Counted from the whole stretch's first letter, positions 35,390 through 50,689 are shown. The stretch is 63,622 nt of DNA, filler included, from Reclinomonas americana ATCC 50394 (GCA_048213135.1; 8 parts of 8 records of this genome joined end to end with filler, not necessarily neighbours in it); one strand, 5' to 3'. A program made the numbers and translations. The notes: generated by a model from the letters alone, not told the origin.

Positions 35390-38300
35390 ATGGACTCCTC
35401 GCGATGCGACATGGAGCTGATGTTCCACGTGCGTGCTCACACACACTGCGCGATCATTGTCTCTCTGTGTGCGTGTGCGTGTGCTTTGTCTGTCTCACTC
35501 TTATGTGCAACACACAGTTGCTGTGGACGCAGCCGGAGGGCAACAAGAAGGCCGACTTGCGCAATCGTAACGATCTGCTCATCCGAGTGCCAGAGACAGT
35601 CGTCTATCGCCATGGAGTCATTGTCAACTGGTGCGACTTGACACACACAAACACACACACACACACACAGACAAACAGCGATGATTCTGACATTGGCGAG
35701 GGGTGTTTTTCTGCGCAGGTATTTCACCTCGTTCAAGGACAAGCGCATCAAGAAGAAGAGTTCGCGAAATCGACGCAGTGTGGAGGTGTTGCGCACATTC
35801 CTCGGCGTCGGAGGCAAACGGGCAGACTCGGAATCGCCGGTATGTTCATTGTGTCGCTGAAGGCATCGAAAAGAAAGAGGAGAGCCGCTCATGTCTTCAT
35901 GTCTTGTCACGCTCAGCACTTCAATCCGCTGGCCAATCGTAATCGACCGCAAGGCGCTGTTTACCAAGGCGGAGGCGTGGTCAGTGGCGAGTCGTCGTCG
36001 TTGTCTGCGGCGGCTCCGAGTGCGCCCGCGCAAGCGACGCCCGAGACCGATTCGTCCAAGGCGGCAGCTGCTGCCGCGGCCTATCGCAAGTCCAAGGCCT
36101 CGCGTGCGGCTCGTGAGAGCGACGATAAGCATATTAGCAAGTCGGAGGATACGGTGCTGCTCAAGTCGATTGGCGAGCGAGACTTTTGCCCGCCGGATCA
36201 GGTGGTGGCCACACTGACCAGGGCCGATCGTGGAGGTACGGGTGGATTACTGATTGTGTGTTTTCGTTGTGGAGGGGTGCTCATCGCTTGTGCGCCTCGC
36301 CAGCCTCCGGCAACATTGAGTACAGTGTCGAGTTCTACGTGGAGCGCGAACTGAGTTGCGTCATGTTGTGTGTCGCCGCGGCGGTGACTCTTTTTCGTCC
36401 GTGGCTCACGCGCGCACGCACAGAGAGCATTCTGCTGCACCAGACGCTGGACTCGCAGAACTTTATCTTGCAGCGCTTTGTCGAGCCGTGCGCCGACTCT
36501 ACCGGCAACGTCCGCAATCGTTGCGTTCCTGCACCTGTCTTGTTGATAGTCTTTCGACTCACCACTCCTCCCTCCCACAGATGTCATTCAAGTCGTGTGG
36601 ACGCCATCGTACTGCCAGGTGGAAAAGTTCGCCAATCGACATCCTCTCAAGGTCGCCGAGGGCGGACTGCACATCAACGGCAAGCCGCGGTCACGTCGCT
36701 CGCGACGATCGGTGTCACCAGGGTTGCGTTGTCCCTCCCTTGTCGTAGAGCATTTCTGCGACGTCGTGTCGCTCACCACCACCTGTGCGCGCACAGACCA
36801 CGAGGTGGCTCCGAGGCCCCGACTGGACTCGCCAATCCCTCCTCGAGAAGCTTGCAACACAAGTATCTCACGGTCGAGAGCGAGGGCGTGCGCTACTGCA
36901 GCATTGGTGCGGTATTCCTCTCACACTACTCCGCGTGTCCCCCAACAGCGTCCACTGACACGATCTCGCTCTCCTCTTTTCTTCTTTTGCACGCATCGCA
37001 GTGCCAATATCCTCTCGCGTACAACAACTGGTCGAGCGCACAGCAGGTGCCATGGCCTCGCACATCAACTCGGTGTTGCGCCGCGAGTACGTGTCGGGCA
37101 TGGTGTTGCACTTCCGCATGGATGCCGAGGGCGCTCTCTGGTTCCTCTGGTGCAACTCGCTGAAACTCAAGCGCAAGGATGAGTACGCCATGGCACACCG
37201 TCCACTCGTTCTCGAGTCGTTCGTGCCGTCGGCCGAGGTGCCGCAGCTGCCGCGAGAGTGGACCTGTCCAATGTGTGATTCATGTTGCGTGCTACGTACA
37301 GCTCGTACGTCGGCCCCTCGTTGACCAATCTCCTGACCTGATCCCCCCACGCAGCTCGCCGATCACCTTGCTCTCTCCACTTGCGCACCTTGTTGATGCT
37401 GTACACGGATGGCATGCACGATGCGCAGGATGCAGTCACTGGTGGCGGTCCACTGCGACAATCTTGTGCGTTTTCCTGCTTTTCATCATCATCATCATCG
37501 CATCGTCGGCGAGCTCACGAAGCAATCATATTTCATCGCGCAGTGGACTTGGCGGCGGAGAGTGTGGCATCGCGATTGGCGCAGGGCCGGATGCAGTTCT
37601 CAGTCACTGCGGTGCGTGCACATGCATTCAGTCTGCGTACCTGAAACGTAGCCACACAATCTCACTCGCATGCTGGCCACGCAGCATTCACAGTCTGGCG
37701 CCTCCGATCGTGGCGTGTCAGGTACACCGGCTGCGTTCGGCACTCACCTCGATGTACCAGATGCTGCAAGTGGTCGCACCACACCCGACGCCCGCAGCAG
37801 TGTGAGCAGCACGCACAGTCGGCGCGGCCGTGAGTCGCCTTTCACTCAGCAGGTGAGCTGAGCATAAAGAAGAGAGCGATGCGCGCATTGTGGTGCTCAC
37901 GTCGTCTCTCCAGGAGTCGTCCATTGGTGACGTACATCCGCTGGTGGAGTTGCTTGCTCGGCTCTTCCGCAAGGCCGGCCGACTGCCGGTGGAGGAAACA
38001 GTGCCACTGAAGTCGGCTGGCTCGCAGCGTATTCCGTTCTCCTCGACACCCCACGGCGACGTGTCACCGAGTGGAGCGTTGCGTCTGCCAGTCGATCTCC
38101 GTGGTCTCCTGTCACACAAAACTGATTGATGTCTACAGGAGTGAGCCGTCCAGCACGCGATCGCTCGCCTCTGTGCTCTTCAAGCCTCAACAGCAGCAAG
38201 TCATCCGACGACCAGAACATCTGATTGTCAAGGAATGCCAAGCCGTCATCAAGAGCATTGCCGGCATGCCGTCGTTCTGGGATCAGACGATTGAGCTGTG

Positions 38301-39732
38301 CGACGACTGCTACGTCGACATCACCGAACGGTTTGATTGTTTTTTTGTGTCGTCTTTTGCCGTCTTCCACGTTGCTCATTTGTCGGGGAGCAGAGTATTG
38401 GACGGTGACATCAAGAGCGGCCTGGTGCCGCCCAACATGAACCTCAATTCCCACACACTGTTTGGCGCCGACATCAAGGCCAAGGCGCGTGAGGAGCGGC
38501 AGATGGCAGAGGCTCGTGCCTCGGCACGAATCGCTTCCGCCCGTGGTCTCGGGCTGCCATCTGCACTGCTGCAGAACACGCAGCGCCCGCGCAGTGCATC
38601 GAGCTGCCGTCTCAGTGAACCAGGTCGCCGTGGACGCTCGGCGTCGCAGTCGCGCCACCAGTCGGCACGTGCTTCCTCACGCTCACGGGATCCGCCTCGC
38701 GATCGCCCTTACTCCGCCAGTCCCGAACCGAGTGGCCGAGCGGCGACCAACAGCAGCAGCGCACGCATGGTGCCGTCGTTCATGACCGCAACGGCGTCGT
38801 ACGCGCGCCGTGTGTCCGTGGCCGACGTGGACAATGTGCCACCGCTGGCGGCCTCACGCCGTGCATCGACAATCGTCGGCGCCACGACGGCGACAACAAC
38901 AACAACGACGCCTGCGACGGCGAATCCAGCGGCCTCGAGCAAGGCCAAGGGCAACATTGCGGCTGCCGCGCGTGACCCGCAACGGCAGTCGGCTGCACGG
39001 CCGAGATCGGCTTCCGCCACTCGCACACGACGAGCAAGCAACAGTTGCGCACATTGACGCACTGACCCCGCACGCGACCGAGCTGTTTGTGTGTGACTGA
39101 CTGACTGTGTTGTCGCTCTCAGAGCCGCAGCCAGCACTGCACACGGCAAGTCGTGGATCCTACAAGGTACCGTGTGTGCACTTGCCCTTACCCCCGAGAT
39201 TCGTGCACCAGTACTCACTGTCTCTCTTCTTCTCGTGCAGCTCAAATTGTCGCCTCTGCGGGGCTCGATTCCGGTGGTGACGGTCTCGGAGCACTCCCGA
39301 GATGAGATACCCGCCAGTTTCATGCCTGAGTTGGCCGAACTGTACAGCAACGGTGGTGAGAGCGACGATGAGACGAGCGAGGACGAGGATGAGTACTACG
39401 GCGACCGCGACGGAAACACGAGCGAGGAAGAGGAAGACTATCGACGAGACCGCCGTGCGTCAGGCTCTGCCAAGTTTGAGTTGCCAGACGTGGCGCCACT
39501 GGAACGCAAGGGCAGTGCATTTAGTTCGGCGCCGACACAGTCGAGTGCCGCGGACCGGTTCCGCGACTTGTTGCGAGGCAGTGACTCGCAGGCTGGAGGC
39601 GGTGACAGCTCAAGCGACAGCTTGAACAGCGACAGCAAGGGTGACGAAGCGTTCCCCGCCAACTTGCTTCAGCGACGGCGCTCGAGCGGTCGCGGGCAAA
39701 TCAGCACCCTCCCAACGATCGAGACGATGTAG
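35390..39732 (+). CDS. Hypothetical multi-exon protein with a globular N-terminal domain, CxxC motifs and a disordered tail
   Basis: 'VPETVVYRHGVIVNW|YFTS', 'ILQRFVEP..N|HVIQVVWTP', 'MVLHFRMDAEGALWFLWCNSL', 'CPMC', 'CDDC'. Confidence 0.6.
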
Positions 39733-39846
39733 TAATCGCAGCACAACCAGCTGCTGGAGTAGTTTGTGTCACATAAACAACTGACATACTGAGTTACACA
39801 TGGTTTCGTTGATCGATACTCTGACAGAGGCGCAGCAGTCCTACTC

Positions 39847-42828
39847 TCAGGCTCCCTTGCCACCGGCGGCATACATCTGTTCGATTTGCGCAGCGAAATG
39901 CTTTCGCAGAATCGGTCGGCGCACCTGCGTGGAGCAAGAGTGGGCACAGCGACGGGCGGCTACCAAACACACACACACAGACACACAATCGCGCATACCT
40001 TCATCGATGGGGTCAGCAAGTCATTCTCCACCGTGAATGGCTCACGCGAGAAGCGGAAATGCTTGACAATCTCGAACCCATGCAGCTTGTTTGCGCGACC
40101 AAACTCGTCCAGACTACGCAGCAAAGCGTCGTGGACGGCAGTGTTGCTCACCAGCTGCTCGGGACCGCTGACGACAATGTGCTTGTCGGCAGCCAGCGCC
40201 TGCAGGCCCTCCAGCTTCGGCACGATGATTGCGACCAAGTAGTCTTCACCCTGCCGACCCTCGACAAAGATCTGCTCGACACACGGGTGCCGGTTGAAGA
40301 TGCCCTCGATCTTTTCCACAGCAACATACTCGCCTTGGCTGCACCGTTGGAGAGGAAGAGAGCGAGTGAGTGCGTGTGCCACGTGTGTCTCACACTACAA
40401 CCACGTACCTGAGCTTGAAAATGTCCTTCTTGCGCGAAACAATGCGCAGCGAGCCCGCCTCGGTCAACTCAGCAATGTCACCCTGCGTTCGTGAAGTGTG
40501 TTGAGAGACTGGAGCAGTGGCGTGGCACGACACTCGATCACCAACCGTGTGGAAGAAACCGTCGGCGTCGAATGCTTCCTTGCTGTGCACAGAGTGCTGA
40601 TTGTCAGTGCTCATGCCGATAGTGAGATCGTTCTGTTTATGGCTTCCGCAACGTGGCCTCGGGATCCTTAAAGTAGCCAGGCGTGACGTTGAAGCCGCGA
40701 ATACAAATCTGCATGCAAGCGCATCAGCAGTGATGACCGCAGACAAGGCTTTCACGGACATGCGCACCTCCCCCGCCGGCGGATTCCTCTTTCGCGTGTA
40801 CTCCATCTCCGGGACGTCGTCCAGCTTGATTTCTGCGTGCGCTCATCGTGAGCTCCATTCCCGCGACAACTGCGTGTGCGACACGAAATCCTCACCACAA
40901 CACTGCAGTGGCGGACCGCACGTTCCATACGCATCCGTGTCGTCCAGGCGCGTGATGGTGGCGGCGGCCGCAGTCTCGGTGAGACCGTAGCCGACTGCAA
41001 AACGCACGCCGAGGACCATTTGCAGGAACTCTTGCACTTCGGCCTTCAGAGCGGCGCCACTGAACAGCACGACTGCTATCAACACTATGAGCACCACGGA
41101 GGAATAGCAGCGCTGCACACGAACCCGGTGAGCACTGCCACAATGTTCTCAAAGCCGAGGTTGTGGCGGATCTTGTCAAACACCAACACATCATACAACT
41201 TGGTCGGCATGTCTGGCGACGAAAACGCAGAGTCAATTAATCGACTGCCGGCTGTGCACTGCAGTCAGCACACGCAACGGCGGTGCATGGCCTCGCGCTT
41301 GGCAGCCACACAGAACTCGAAAATGCGCTGCTTGATGCCACCAGTCTCTTGCACGCGCGCCAGGATGCCGTCATACATGCGCTCCCACACGCGTGGGACA
41401 CCTGTGATTACACACATGCTGGTGTGAGGCATCTTCGGCCACACATGACTGGCAACCGATGGCCGACAAACCCGTAAACACGGTCGGACGAAGCGCCTTC
41501 ACGTCGTCGAGGAGCTGTCGCGCAATACAGAGGATGATAATCATGCGAGACAAGAGAGTGAGTGAGCGCGATGGCTCGCTACTGCACCTTGCGCACGTCG
41601 CCACTGTAGTAACCTGGGGAGTAGGGTTGAGTACATCAGCCAGCGATCGCCGTTCACCAACGGCCGCAGCTTGCACTCACCAATGCAGCCGCCTTGCGAG
41701 AGGGTGATCAACTGCGACGGAAAGATGGTGTCAGTCGATGAAGTGAGTGCATCAGCCTCCGCAAGCACACACAACTTCGCCAATCCGCTGCATAATGTGC
41801 GCAAGACTGCAACGCGACAGTCGGTGAGACGACAACCCGCAGCCTCAGCAAAGCAGCACGGCAGAGCAATCACGCACGGCAGGTAGGAAAGGATGCGAGT
41901 GGTCGAGTTGGTGGCACGATCGCTGCCGGCGTGGATGCCGCCAGCGGCACTCACCACGTTCCGATGCGTGCTGTTGTAAGTGGCAGTGAGATGTGAGGCG
42001 TCGAAACACAGAGACGCTGCTGCCCGCAATCCACGCAACAGCACCACGCCCTTGGGGACACCCGTGGAGCCCGACGTGTACATGATGGTGTATGTGTCGT
42101 CGGGCGACGGCGGCACCAAGTCCACCGGCTGTCGGTTACCAAGCTCCTCGACAGCCGCAAACGACATGACCTGGAAGCTGTCGGTGCTGAGATCGGCAAA
42201 CACCTGCTCCGAGACACCGTCCATCACAATCACACCCTGCAGTTTCGGGCACAGCGGCTTGGCGGCTTTGACCTGTTCGCGAGTGACGCTTTTAGTCGTG
42301 CCGTCACACACAGCGCAGCGTTAATAGGAAGGGAGCACCTTGCGCGCTGCCTCGGCCGTATCGCACACCACCAGACGAATCTCCGAGTGCCCAATGATGT
42401 AGCTCTGCAGAGCGTCTCCTGTGAGCAGCGGCGCCCAGGTACAAGAACGAGTCCACATACACGCACCAGTGCATCGGGTCCCAGCGTGTCATACAACGCG
42501 ACAGTCGGCATACTCTGACTGTCGGCGCCCATGGCCAGCAGCTGCCACTCGACGCGATTCTTACTGTAAATGCCCACCGCCTCACGCGGCTGCACACCGA
42601 GATGACGCAGGCCCATGCCCACATGGATGCTGCGCTCATATACCTGCATGTGTGTGCGTGTGAGGCGATTGGCGTTACACAAAGAGAGAGCGCGGAATGA
42701 GAGAGAGAGAACCTTGTCGTAATGGAGAAACACGTACTCGCCAGTGTGCGGATCTCTCATGCCGAGTGCAGGCAGCGTGGGGTACAAGTCAATCGCCGCT
42801 CGTCTGTGTGTTGACATGGCGTGAGTGC

Positions 42829-42860
<32 letters not shown>

Positions 42861-43149
42861 AGTGGGAGTGCGTGCGCATTCACCGAAAGGCGGCCCAAGC
42901 CGTGGTCGAGGCATCCAGCGTGTTGGTGAGCGCACCAGGTGCCATCGCATTGCGGTACACACCGGGGCTCACTTCCACACTCTGCTCTCACAGAGACGCA
43001 GAAGGTGAGGTGAGGTGAGTGAGAGTGGCATGCATCTCTCATGTGTGCGCAAAGACCTGACGACCGTGGTACGGCTGCGGGTATGACGGCTCGTGACCAA
43101 GGAGACGCTCAATGGCGCCAATGATGGTCACCACTGCACCGAGGATCAT
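39847..43149 (-). CDS. Long-chain acyl-CoA synthetase (ACSL/LACS), 20 exons
   Basis: AMP-binding 'YTSGSTGVPKGV', plus 'SYLP|LAHI', 'GYGLTET', 'GFFHT|GDI', 'RKKDIFKLS|QGEYVAVEKIE', 'LTPSMK'. Confidence 0.96.
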
Positions 43150-43234
43150 CTCCTCTCTCGCACAGTCTCACTCTCTCACTTTGTAATCGGAAGAATTTTC
43201 AATGGAGGATGGATACAGGTTTCAAGTTGTCATT

Positions 43235-46200
43235 TTATCTTGGTGTGCTCGGTCCGCTGCTGTGTCTCCGTCGAGCCACCGGTGCCATCTGTATGGCGCA
43301 GATGAGCAAGAGAGAAATGCAAGTCGGCACTGTAATCGCTCTGCGTGCGCTCACCGCATCGCCGAAAGCGTGGAGAATCGTGCCGGCGCCCTCGAGCATG
43401 CCAATGGCTGGCGATAACACTGCAATGGGAACAGCTCGGATCACGGTCCGCATCGCACCCTGCGCGTGGTTGTACGCATGTGAGTTGATATGTCCAGGCC
43501 GGTGTCATAATCTCCACCAGCTAGACTCACCTCTTCACGCACGGCCACTGGCACGGCGACAATGGTGCGAGCGCCGTCACGGAGTCCCGAGCCCATGGCT
43601 TGCAGGCCACCCATGATGCCTGTCGTCGCACACGCAACGACATGTCAGCACGTTGAGCACGAACAAACACACACACTTGCTTGTCGTAAAAACACCTTGT
43701 GGAGCGGCGGCCGAAGGTGGTGTGGCAGCGCTGCCCGCCGCCGCGTCGGCTGCAGTTGGCGATGTGCCAGCGACATAGTCCTTCACGCGGCGGAACAGGC
43801 TGACCACCATGCTGGCCAGGTCGCCGGTGGCATTGACGGCACCTGAGCCCACCTTTCGCACAAACGACGAGGCTCCATCGCGGAGTGCTGCTCACAGATG
43901 ATGAGGTAAGAAACGCACACAAATCTACATCGCGAACACTCAGTACCTCGTAGCCAGCGACGACGGTCTCCCTTGTACTGCAGAGCAGCAGCAAGAAAAT
44001 GAACAACAACAACTGGGGACGGCTAAAAAGACGACAGGAGTGAACGCACCAACTCGAACGGCACCATGACCAAGTCGGCCGCACCCTCCGTGACCATCAT
44101 CAGCGGACCCACCAATGGCACACCCGACAGACAGTTGCGCCACTGACTGTGCATGACATCTGACGCCCACCGAGTGCTCACTCTCGTCACCAACGTCCCC
44201 CATCCATCAATCTGCATGAGAGACAAACACACAAATCAGTCTGGTGCGTACCAGAGCCTGCAAGGAATGTAGTGACACGCAACTCCACGCAGAGTTGTCT
44301 GCCGCAGACGCAGTTGCACGTCGGTGAGCGGGAAGAAGTTCACCAGTTCGATCATGTCACCCGTCACCAGGCCGCCCAGATTCACACGCTTGGGTCGGAA
44401 ATCGATGTTGAGCCATACTGTCATTCGCACACGGGGAGACACAGTAAGGCCATTGGCACGAAGCATGCACATCAAGCAACACATGGACGCACCGTCGGCC
44501 ATGATGAACAGCTGGATGTGCGACGACCCCTGATCGAGATCGGCCATCATTTCGCGGTTGCTGCGCTCGATCTCATCCGCCAGCTGCTGCAACGCCTCCG
44601 CATCGGCAGCCTCATCGACACGCGCTTGTGCCGCCGCCACTGCCATACCACTGTCACATACACACACAACGCAGAGATGCACATCCAACAATTCGAGGAC
44701 AACTCACCGCGTTCCGATCGCCGCCCCGACGGGTCTGACAAGTCCAGCATGAACTTGCGAACGAAATCCAGAGTGTGCGCATCGACTGCCATGTAACATG
44801 CACTCGTCAGCAAACGCACGTGCACATCCACTGACACAGAGACACACACACACACCATCTACGCGAAGCGGAGCCACGTGTGGAATAGCCACTCGCGACT
44901 CGACAGTGCTCGGCAGCTCCGGATTTGGACGCACCGTGTCGAGTGTGCAGTACAGCTGCGCAGAGTGACAACTGAGAAGAGTGTATCTACACACAGGCAC
45001 GCAAACCGATGCAGAGCTCACCAGTCGTGCAGAGCGCGTGCGATGGGGGCACGGATCCCACCGAGAGAGCACAAACCGCGCCGCACTCCCCGGCACGTGA
45101 TCCTCCACCTGCAATCGACCGCACAGTGTAAGCACACAAGATGCATCTCTCTCTCTTTCTCTCTCTTACGCAACAGACAAATCATCCAGTGCAATCGCCA
45201 ACCGCGACGCATGCGAGCTGGTGCCGCTGGGGAAGGTGGCAAACGCCACGTGAACGCCTCGCAGCACGGCCTTGATGTTTTCCACCACCACACGCTGCGA
45301 CACCGTCCACGGTCTAGGCACGTCGGCTTCGGGATCACCGGCAGCAGCCGCAAAGTCACTGCCGTTGCACAGGGCGACTTCCACGTGATCGCAGTTGACG
45401 ATCAGCGAGAAGCCCGGCGTCGGGTAACTGCACGACCGCACACCAGTTGGACCAATAGCAGCGAATAGATAACGCAACAAGTGACGCAACTCGTCAGGCA
45501 GTTCGTGCACTGGCTGATCGATGCGCACAGGTGGCACCACGGCAAAGAAGCCCTCTGTCACACGCAGAGACGTCATTGCCCGCTGCTGGACCATGATTAG
45601 TGGATCGCGAGTGGCGGCACTCCCCGAGGCTTCGTGTTGCCGGCGCATCTGGCGCCTCGCTCCACTCTCATAATCGTCGTCACCATCATCGTCGTCGTCG
45701 TCGTCGTCATACGCTGGCATGGTGCCATCGGACTCGCCCAGTGCGCTCTCAAACAAGTTGCCACTGAGCATGACCGCCGACGCACCACCGCCGGAGGAAT
45801 TCGGCCGCTGCGTACGAACACATGTGAGGACAAAGCAGAAGACTTGCATCGCCAGAGCACCACATCCGCACCCCACGTGGTCGACGAGCGCGACGAATCG
45901 ACGACAGCGGGGTGAGCAGTGCCTGTCGAATGGCCAGTTCGACATTGTCCACGTGCGATACCACCATCTGCACCATGCAGCAGGAGTAGGCAGTGAGCAA
46001 TCACCTTGCTGCGGCCCAGAGGAGACAGGAATTAAACATCGCGAGACACACCGGAATACCGCTCGTTGCCACACCCGCAGGCCTGGATGCTGCGCCACCG
46101 CTGGATGCAGCAAGTCCACCAGATGCAGCGACATCGTCGTGGACACCATGCGCCACCACTGCCGCCGGAGCACCTTCGTCCGAATCTTCGTCGTCTTCAT

Positions 46201-49200
46201 CGCCACCGCCGTCGCCACCGTCCGCGACCTTCGAGCCGACGAGGTCACCGTCGCCAAAGTAATGCGACAGGAGAGCGATAAAGGCACTGGCCGAGTCGGC
46301 ACACACTCCCGTACCCAGCCTGTTGGCTCCGACACTGATCTGCGCGCGGACACGGTTGAGTAGACTTGTTCCGGTGCAACGACGAACAGCGAAACTGGAG
46401 CTCACCTCCAGAGGGGCGTACGGGTTTGCGTGACTCACAATGCGCACGCCGATCTGATCGAGGGACACCAGTTCCACAAAGCCGATTGACTGTGCATGTA
46501 TCAGCATGAGTGCATCCAGGTCACACACGTGCGCACGACATGTGATCAACCAACCTGTGCAAAATCGCGCAATCGTGTGCCGGCAATTGCATCACTCAGC
46601 AGCTGCACAATCGACAATCCGAACCGACCAGCAGTGGTGGGTCTGCGTCCGTCACGGGTCAGTACATCGATAAAGAGTGCGACTTGTGACCAGCACACAA
46701 AGCTGGGTACTCAACGACACGTGAACAGTGGTAGCCGGTTTCGGCTGCGCCAACAGCAGTGCCGCCTCTTGCACCACAATGTCGTAGGTGCTGTCGGAAT
46801 CCTTTGGGGCCGGCAGCGTTGCATCGAAACGACCGGCACCGAAATGAATGATTGCACGCGACGCTTGCCGCGTCGGCGTGTACTCAATGGCCGCATCGGT
46901 CAACTCCACCACAATTCGAGTATCGGAGGGTGGGGACCTAACAACAACAAAAGGCGCCGCGTTAGCAAGTGGCGTGTGTCAAATCCTCCGAAGCGAAGGC
47001 CACGAAACTGCACCACTGGCACATCCGGGTATGCACCGCGGGGCGCAGGCATCGTCGACACGGCAAAGAACGAACCCAAACGCAAAAACGCATGCCTTCT
47101 CGGTCTCACCAGGTGCGTCAACAGCGGCGAGAGTGCGGAAATCATAATGGTCGTCTCTGTCGGCAGCAACATGACATTGGCTGTCACCGCCGGCTCCTGA
47201 GTCTGCGTGCATGACAAGGTACCCATCAGCTTCAATTTTTCCGATTCGCCCATGAGAGCCCAAGCAAGCAAGTACGCACCGCCAGTGGATGTAGAGGCGT
47301 GCGGAATATTGTTCGCCCATCCTGCACATCGTCCAGCGACAGCTTCATCGCGCCCACCGCAATCTGCGAGCCCACGCCGGCTTCGGTGCTGGTCGGCGCC
47401 GGCGAGTGGAAGTACAGCGCAAACCCGCTGGCGTCGATTTGCAGACTGTCGTCTATCGACTCTCCCGTCTCACTACCGTCCGCCGCCGTGGGCGAGGGCG
47501 ACGACAAGGAACTTGGCGGCGCGGAGCTGCTGCTGGCACAGAACGTCATCGCCGCAGCACTGAATCGCAGCGAGAAGCGCGACGTAGGCGCCTGCGGGGA
47601 GGCAAATGGCTCGCCCAGCAGCGCACCTACAACGCCAACATTGTGAAGGAGTTGAGCAAAACTGCGCTGCGAGAGGGCGACTGACAGGGTCGGGCACGAG
47701 ATGGCCACTGCTGTGTCCTACATGCATGAATCACCGAATGGTAAAGTCAGCATTGAATGCAAGGAGATTGAAAGCAAGAGCACTAGAAGCTGTCTTTGCT
47801 TTTGTCACGAACCGCAGAAAAGAACATGTGCTCGTGTAGCGAGATGAACGCGCTGTCCGACATGCCTTCCAGTGGCGTCACTGCGCCGGCGCGAGCGGCT
47901 CGGTCCGTGCCACGCACAACCACCGTCACAGACGGCACCGTGGTCTCGGATTCGACGGGCGACGTGCCACGCAGGATACGCGTGTACAGACCGTCCACTG
48001 GCGAATGGAAGTGAGCTACTCTCCTCTCTTTCCCGCTACCAGCACTCTCACGCACCAATAATGGCCACGGCCAACTCTCGAAACGCAAGTGCCACAATGG
48101 TGTCGTCGCCGGGTGCGGTGCGCAGTTTGATCGACACGGCCGACGGGCACGACACAATCAACTGGTCGTCGCTCAATGCCGCACTGTGTGTGCGTCACCA
48201 GCAGTGAATACCACCAATCGCGCACTCGCAGACAATGTTTGCTGCTCTCACCGACGTGGTATGCTGCCGTTGACCACGCGGGGCCACCGCAGGCGAATAT
48301 CCAGTCCCTGCGCCTCCACCGTCACACTCATGCCCGGCCCCTGTGACGAGTGAGAGAAGCAGAATTAGCGAAGCGATAGAAGACGACTAGTCGCATGTAA
48401 AACATACCCGCGACGACGATGAACGAGGAGGCTCAAGCGGTTGTCCCGTGTACACGTTGATTCGCTCGGTGCGTGGTGGCGCGGCGACGGGTAGCCGGGG
48501 TGCGGGTCCGCGACTGCGCGGACGCATTTGGACCGCGCATGCAAACATGTCGAGGAGTCGATGCACCACCAGAATGTCCCAGTTGACCGACAACACGCCT
48601 TCCACGCAGATGCCCGCGATCATGTCTGACACTGCACACATCCATAAATAAGCATGCCGAGGTACTGAGCGGCAGCACGAGTGGCAGCGCACCGGCGGTT
48701 TTCGGCCAAAGCGTAAGGGTTGATCGTGGGATATTAATCAGCTCCAGCTCACGCTGCGGCACCACCAACTCGTCGAATGCGCTGGCGGAGAAAGAGGACA
48801 GGAACGAGGAACTCGAAGCCACTGTCGTGCTGCCAAAGAGGCCGAATTGATGGTTGCGCACAAAAGAGGCCTCACAGTCTGCGATTAAATCACGAAGGTC
48901 ACTAAATATCGATCGGTGCACACATAATCAACGAGTTGTGCATACCCGAAAACAGGCGCTCCGTCAGTGACAGTTTTTCGAATCGAACGGCAATGGGCGA
49001 CGCCGCGGCAGTGGGTGCCATGGAGGCCTCCAACTTGCTGACCTCCAGCATGACATGATCGGTGATGGGAACCGTGTGGCCTACGTGCAGAAACAAGGGG
49101 AAAGGGTGTCAGCAAATCAAAGCACCACCGGCCATCGAACGATCAACAATAGACCGATGAGTCGCGACATCCACACCGAGCGCGTGGTCTCGAACGGTGT

Positions 49201-50350
49201 GTACACGGCAAACACACGCAGCGACGACACGCTCAGCGACAGCGACACGGCCAGTGGAGCGTCGGCGGCAGGTGATGGGGACGGAGAGGGCGAACCGGGC
49301 ACGCTACCGCCGGCCGACAGATCCACCAACAGTGGAGCACCGTCGTCCAACTCGGAACTCCACAGTGGATCTGCTGGCGCCGCGCACGCTGCCGCCTCAC
49401 CAAACGCCGTCAACATCGAAAGCACGTGCGGTGTGATGACCACCTCAATGGCCTCGCGCATCACTTGAATGCGCAGCGGCGGTGGCGGCACGGACGATGA
49501 GCCAGCGGCGGCCGCAGAAAACTCCACTGCCTCGACCTCCACTCGTGTGCGTGAGGCGCCGTCGACACGCACCAAAATGATGGGCGACGAACTGTCCTGG
49601 CCCTCCATGGCGGAGGCGGGTGTGTTGCCGGCACCGACATCTGACGCAAAGAAACGGGGAGGTGAGAGGATAGAGGGCCAGAAAGAAAGCGCTTCAACAC
49701 ACACACATACCACACACGGGTGACGGCGACGGCGAGTAGTTGCCCGATTGCAGAGAGCAGCAGCTCGCCAGCAACGCACTGTGACACGACTCGTCCTCCA
49801 GCACCGTCATGTGCGGCGACTGCGAGTGCAGTGTCACGTACCACTCCTTGAACTCGATGGTCTTGCAGATGAGCCCTGCACACTCAACCAGTTATGGAGG
49901 GACGGAGGGAGAGGGAGGGAGAGAGAGGGAGGGAGACAGGCAAAAGGGACGAAGGGAGAGACAGAAAGGGAGGGACGGAGGGAAACAGAGAGAGTGTGTG
50001 TGTGCGAGCGAGCAACTGAAACGTACCTGCACCACCCGTCGACGAGTTGCGACAGCACATTTCACTCACGACCAGAGTCAGCACCAGATCGCGTTGACTC
50101 GGCGCATGCGGCACCACCAGTTGCACCGACACATTCTTCAGCGTCACGTCCACCGCATTCACCCACTTGTCGACCAGCTCGCGCAGCCGCGACACCGCGT
50201 CTGACAATGACGCATCTTCACCGAGATCACTGCTCAGTTCGCCAGCCAGCGACTTGAGTTCCGTCTCCCACTCCACCGCCTCGGTTTCCGTCGGTTGCAT
50301 CATGGATGACACTCGCGAGGCCGAGGCCGAGAGAAGAAGGTTGGATGGAG
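43235..50350 (-). CDS. ATG2: Autophagy-related protein 2 (ATG2); N-terminal chorein exons not found
   Basis: C-terminal ATG2 signatures 'IDFRPKRVNL..GDMIELVNFFPL', 'G|IDGW..W..D..Q..LSGVP', 'DLVMVPFEL|YK', 'IRAVPIAVLSPAIG'. Confidence 0.85.
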
Positions 50351-50538
50351 CTGGTGAATGTGTGATAGTGAGTATATACACGCAGAAGGGAAGGAGAGGA
50401 AGACGAGAGAGAGAGAGAGAGGAGGAGAGTGAGAATGGACAAAGGATTAGGACAGAAGACGGAGGTGGCAACGGTGAGAAGTCGGAAGAATGGTACAGGT
50501 ATGGACAGGAGAGTGAAAGATCAGAGGTACGGAATGAG

Positions 50539-50571
<33 letters not shown>

Positions 50572-50689
50572 CGAGAAGATGCTGCATGGATGTCGCGGGG
50601 GAACAGAGAGAAGAGGAGATCAGGGATGTGACAGTGCAAAGCGGACAAGAGACAGAGAACACATTGCATGGAGTATTCAGAGGGAGGTG

